A program made the translations under genes and the position numbers. Source: Podarcis vaucheri (lineage: Eukaryota). From it: a DNA stretch of 64,000 nt. Location of the stretch: assembly GCA_965113315.1 (NCBI GenBank), contig OZ220363.1, one strand, 5' to 3'. The notes under the pieces were generated by a model that was given only the letters and a program-made list of their open reading frames with translations, ran no database searches and was not told the DNA's origin. Within the stretch, counting starts at the first letter, position 1; every line of letters starts with the position of its first letter. This document shows, piece after piece, positions 62,014 through 64,000 of this stretch.

Positions 62014-63120
62014 GCTCCAGATGTTGCTGGATTACAGCTCCTGTCTTCAGTGGCCATTGTCATATTGGATGGGGATGGAGCTGGAATCCAGCAACAAATG
62101 GAGCAGAGTTCTCTGTTCTGTTTCTGTTCAGAGATTTCTCAGTTTACCCAGAGGTAGGGTGGAGGCTGTGGGACTACAAGATCTAGAGAATTCTAGCAAG
62201 GGATGGAAAGTGGCTACTATCCCATAGGGATGACTCAGCTTCAGAGGGGAAAACCACAAAGCCACAGTAGGCAAGTACTTTATGATGAACTACTAAAATG
62301 TCAGAAAGTAATGAGCAAGCTTTTGGCAGGAGATCTGGCCAGTAAGAAAGAAACCCTCCCAGAGAGACATCCTTCTGAAACTGTAGAGGACCACAAGTTA
62401 GATTCCTACTTCCTTTTCTCACCAACCTCTCAGAAGTTAGTAGCAAGATGCAGCTTCTTTAGCATGAGGATTGATTAGTCCTAGATTCTCCCAGGATTGG
62501 TCAGCTGGAATGTTCTCTTTTCATAGAAATATTGGAGACCCAGCAGCTCTATCTAATATTGAGCCTGGCAATCCTATTTTAAGCCGGCAGGGTGGTTAAC
62601 GTGTGAGAAAGCCAGAGGGACAATAAGGCCTCAGGCCAGGCCTGGAGCAGAGACGGTAGTGGTGGAATTGTATGGAAAGAACAAGGCTGGGAGACATAAG
62701 ATTCCTAAATTCATGTGGCAGAGTGCACAGGTTTTTAACAGCTGTATAGTAGGAATCACTGGCTGCTTCACCCAGAATTATAATTGGGGGGACTACATCT
62801 GTGAAAGTGATCATTTATTAATTGGTGGTACCATAGTAAATCCAAATCTCTGGAGAACCTGTTGAAACCAAGCAAGCTGAGCTTTCAGATAGGGCTGCTT
62901 TTAGTTTCTCTGACAGAGGCTCTGTGCCCGCAACAACAGCATGGCAAGCAGAAAAGGAACAGATGTTGCTTTTTCTAAAAGATGACACTCTTTAGATGAG
63001 AAGTGATGCAAAGGAGATAAGAATTTGTGTGTCTATAGTAACTGTGTGTAGAAGGGCACATTGCAACAGGTAAAGCTATGCAGTGAGATAACCTGTACTT
63101 ACAAAAAGGATTACAAACTA

Positions 63121-63362
63121 CAGTGGTACTTCTGGTTAAGTACTTAATTTGTTCTGGAGGTCCGTTCTTAGCCTGAAATTGTTCTTAACCTGAAGCACCA
63201 CTTTAGCTAGTGGGGCCTCCTGCTGCTGCTGCACCGCAGGAGCACGATTTCTGTTCTCATCCTGAAGCAAAGTTCTTAACCTGAAGCACTATTTCTGGGT
63301 TAGCAGAGTCTGTAACCTGAAGCGTATGTAACCTGAAGCATATGTAACCCGAGGTACCACTG
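63121..63362. mobile_element. Tc1/mariner MITE, family A
   Basis: TA-CAGTGGTACT...GAGGTACCACTG-TA; carries one extra 15-bp subterminal repeat relative to the 58259 copy. Confidence 0.9.
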
Positions 63363-64000
63363 TAGTTGAAAAGAGTACAAATTTCAAAGACACTGGAACC
63401 CTGTCCTCTTTCCCCCTTGGTCATCCTGACATCCTTTGCAAGCATTCAAAAAGGACACTCTTTGGATAAAGACCTTTAGAGGGTCAGTCAAGGACATGTT
63501 TCTGCCTGAGGACAAGTTGGTGTCTCCTCTCCCCAGTGGCAGACCTACATTTCTGGGGCCCTGAAGACTGAACTGTCATAGGGGCCCCTTCGCAACCAGC
63601 AACAATGTCTGGACAACCACTGTTCTCTTCTTCAATGGGATTGTTTCATGATGGATCAACACACTTTTATAACACCTGTGCTACTGACTCAAACTTCGGG
63701 ATTGTTGAAATATATACAACTAAAAATTAATCAATTTGATTCAAATCAATGTGACTCAAATTGGATCTACTAGTCCCAATATTTTAAAGCAATTGCACTA
63801 AAGTTGCTTCCGGGGCCCCGCTGGGCCCTGAAGTTCAAGCAGCTACTGAAGTTACAATTTCACTGTTAACTAGCCTAAACATAGCAAGCCCTGTGCAGGC
63901 TAATGGAAAGTTTACTTTGTTTGTCTTCCCAGGCCAAGCTACACCTGCTGAAATTATCTTAATTCTCTTAGGAGGCAGTTGTCTCACCTCACCTCAAGTG

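Overview
Vertebrate genomic DNA from a squamate, most likely a lacertid lizard, judged from the Sauria SINE, Bov-B copies with (CAA)n tails and squamate-type MITEs. No host protein-coding exon can be identified with confidence. The window looks like the promoter and long first intron(s) of an unidentified minus-strand gene: a CpG island at ~45.1-46.0 kb has a TATA-like motif and a strong splice donor at 45339/45338, inside a TE-poor domain at ~40.2-47 kb. The rest is a patchwork of L2, CR1, RTE and Bov-B LINE fragments, tRNA-derived SINEs, Tc1/mariner and hAT MITEs and solo LTRs, often nested. The most striking object is a very young Penelope-like retroelement (8841-10798). It has an open RT C-terminus plus GIY-YIG frame, is bracketed by ~350-bp inverted pseudo-LTRs that each carry a minimal hammerhead-ribozyme motif, and is inserted in an (AT)n microsatellite. 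All calls come from reading the sequence by eye; no database search was run.
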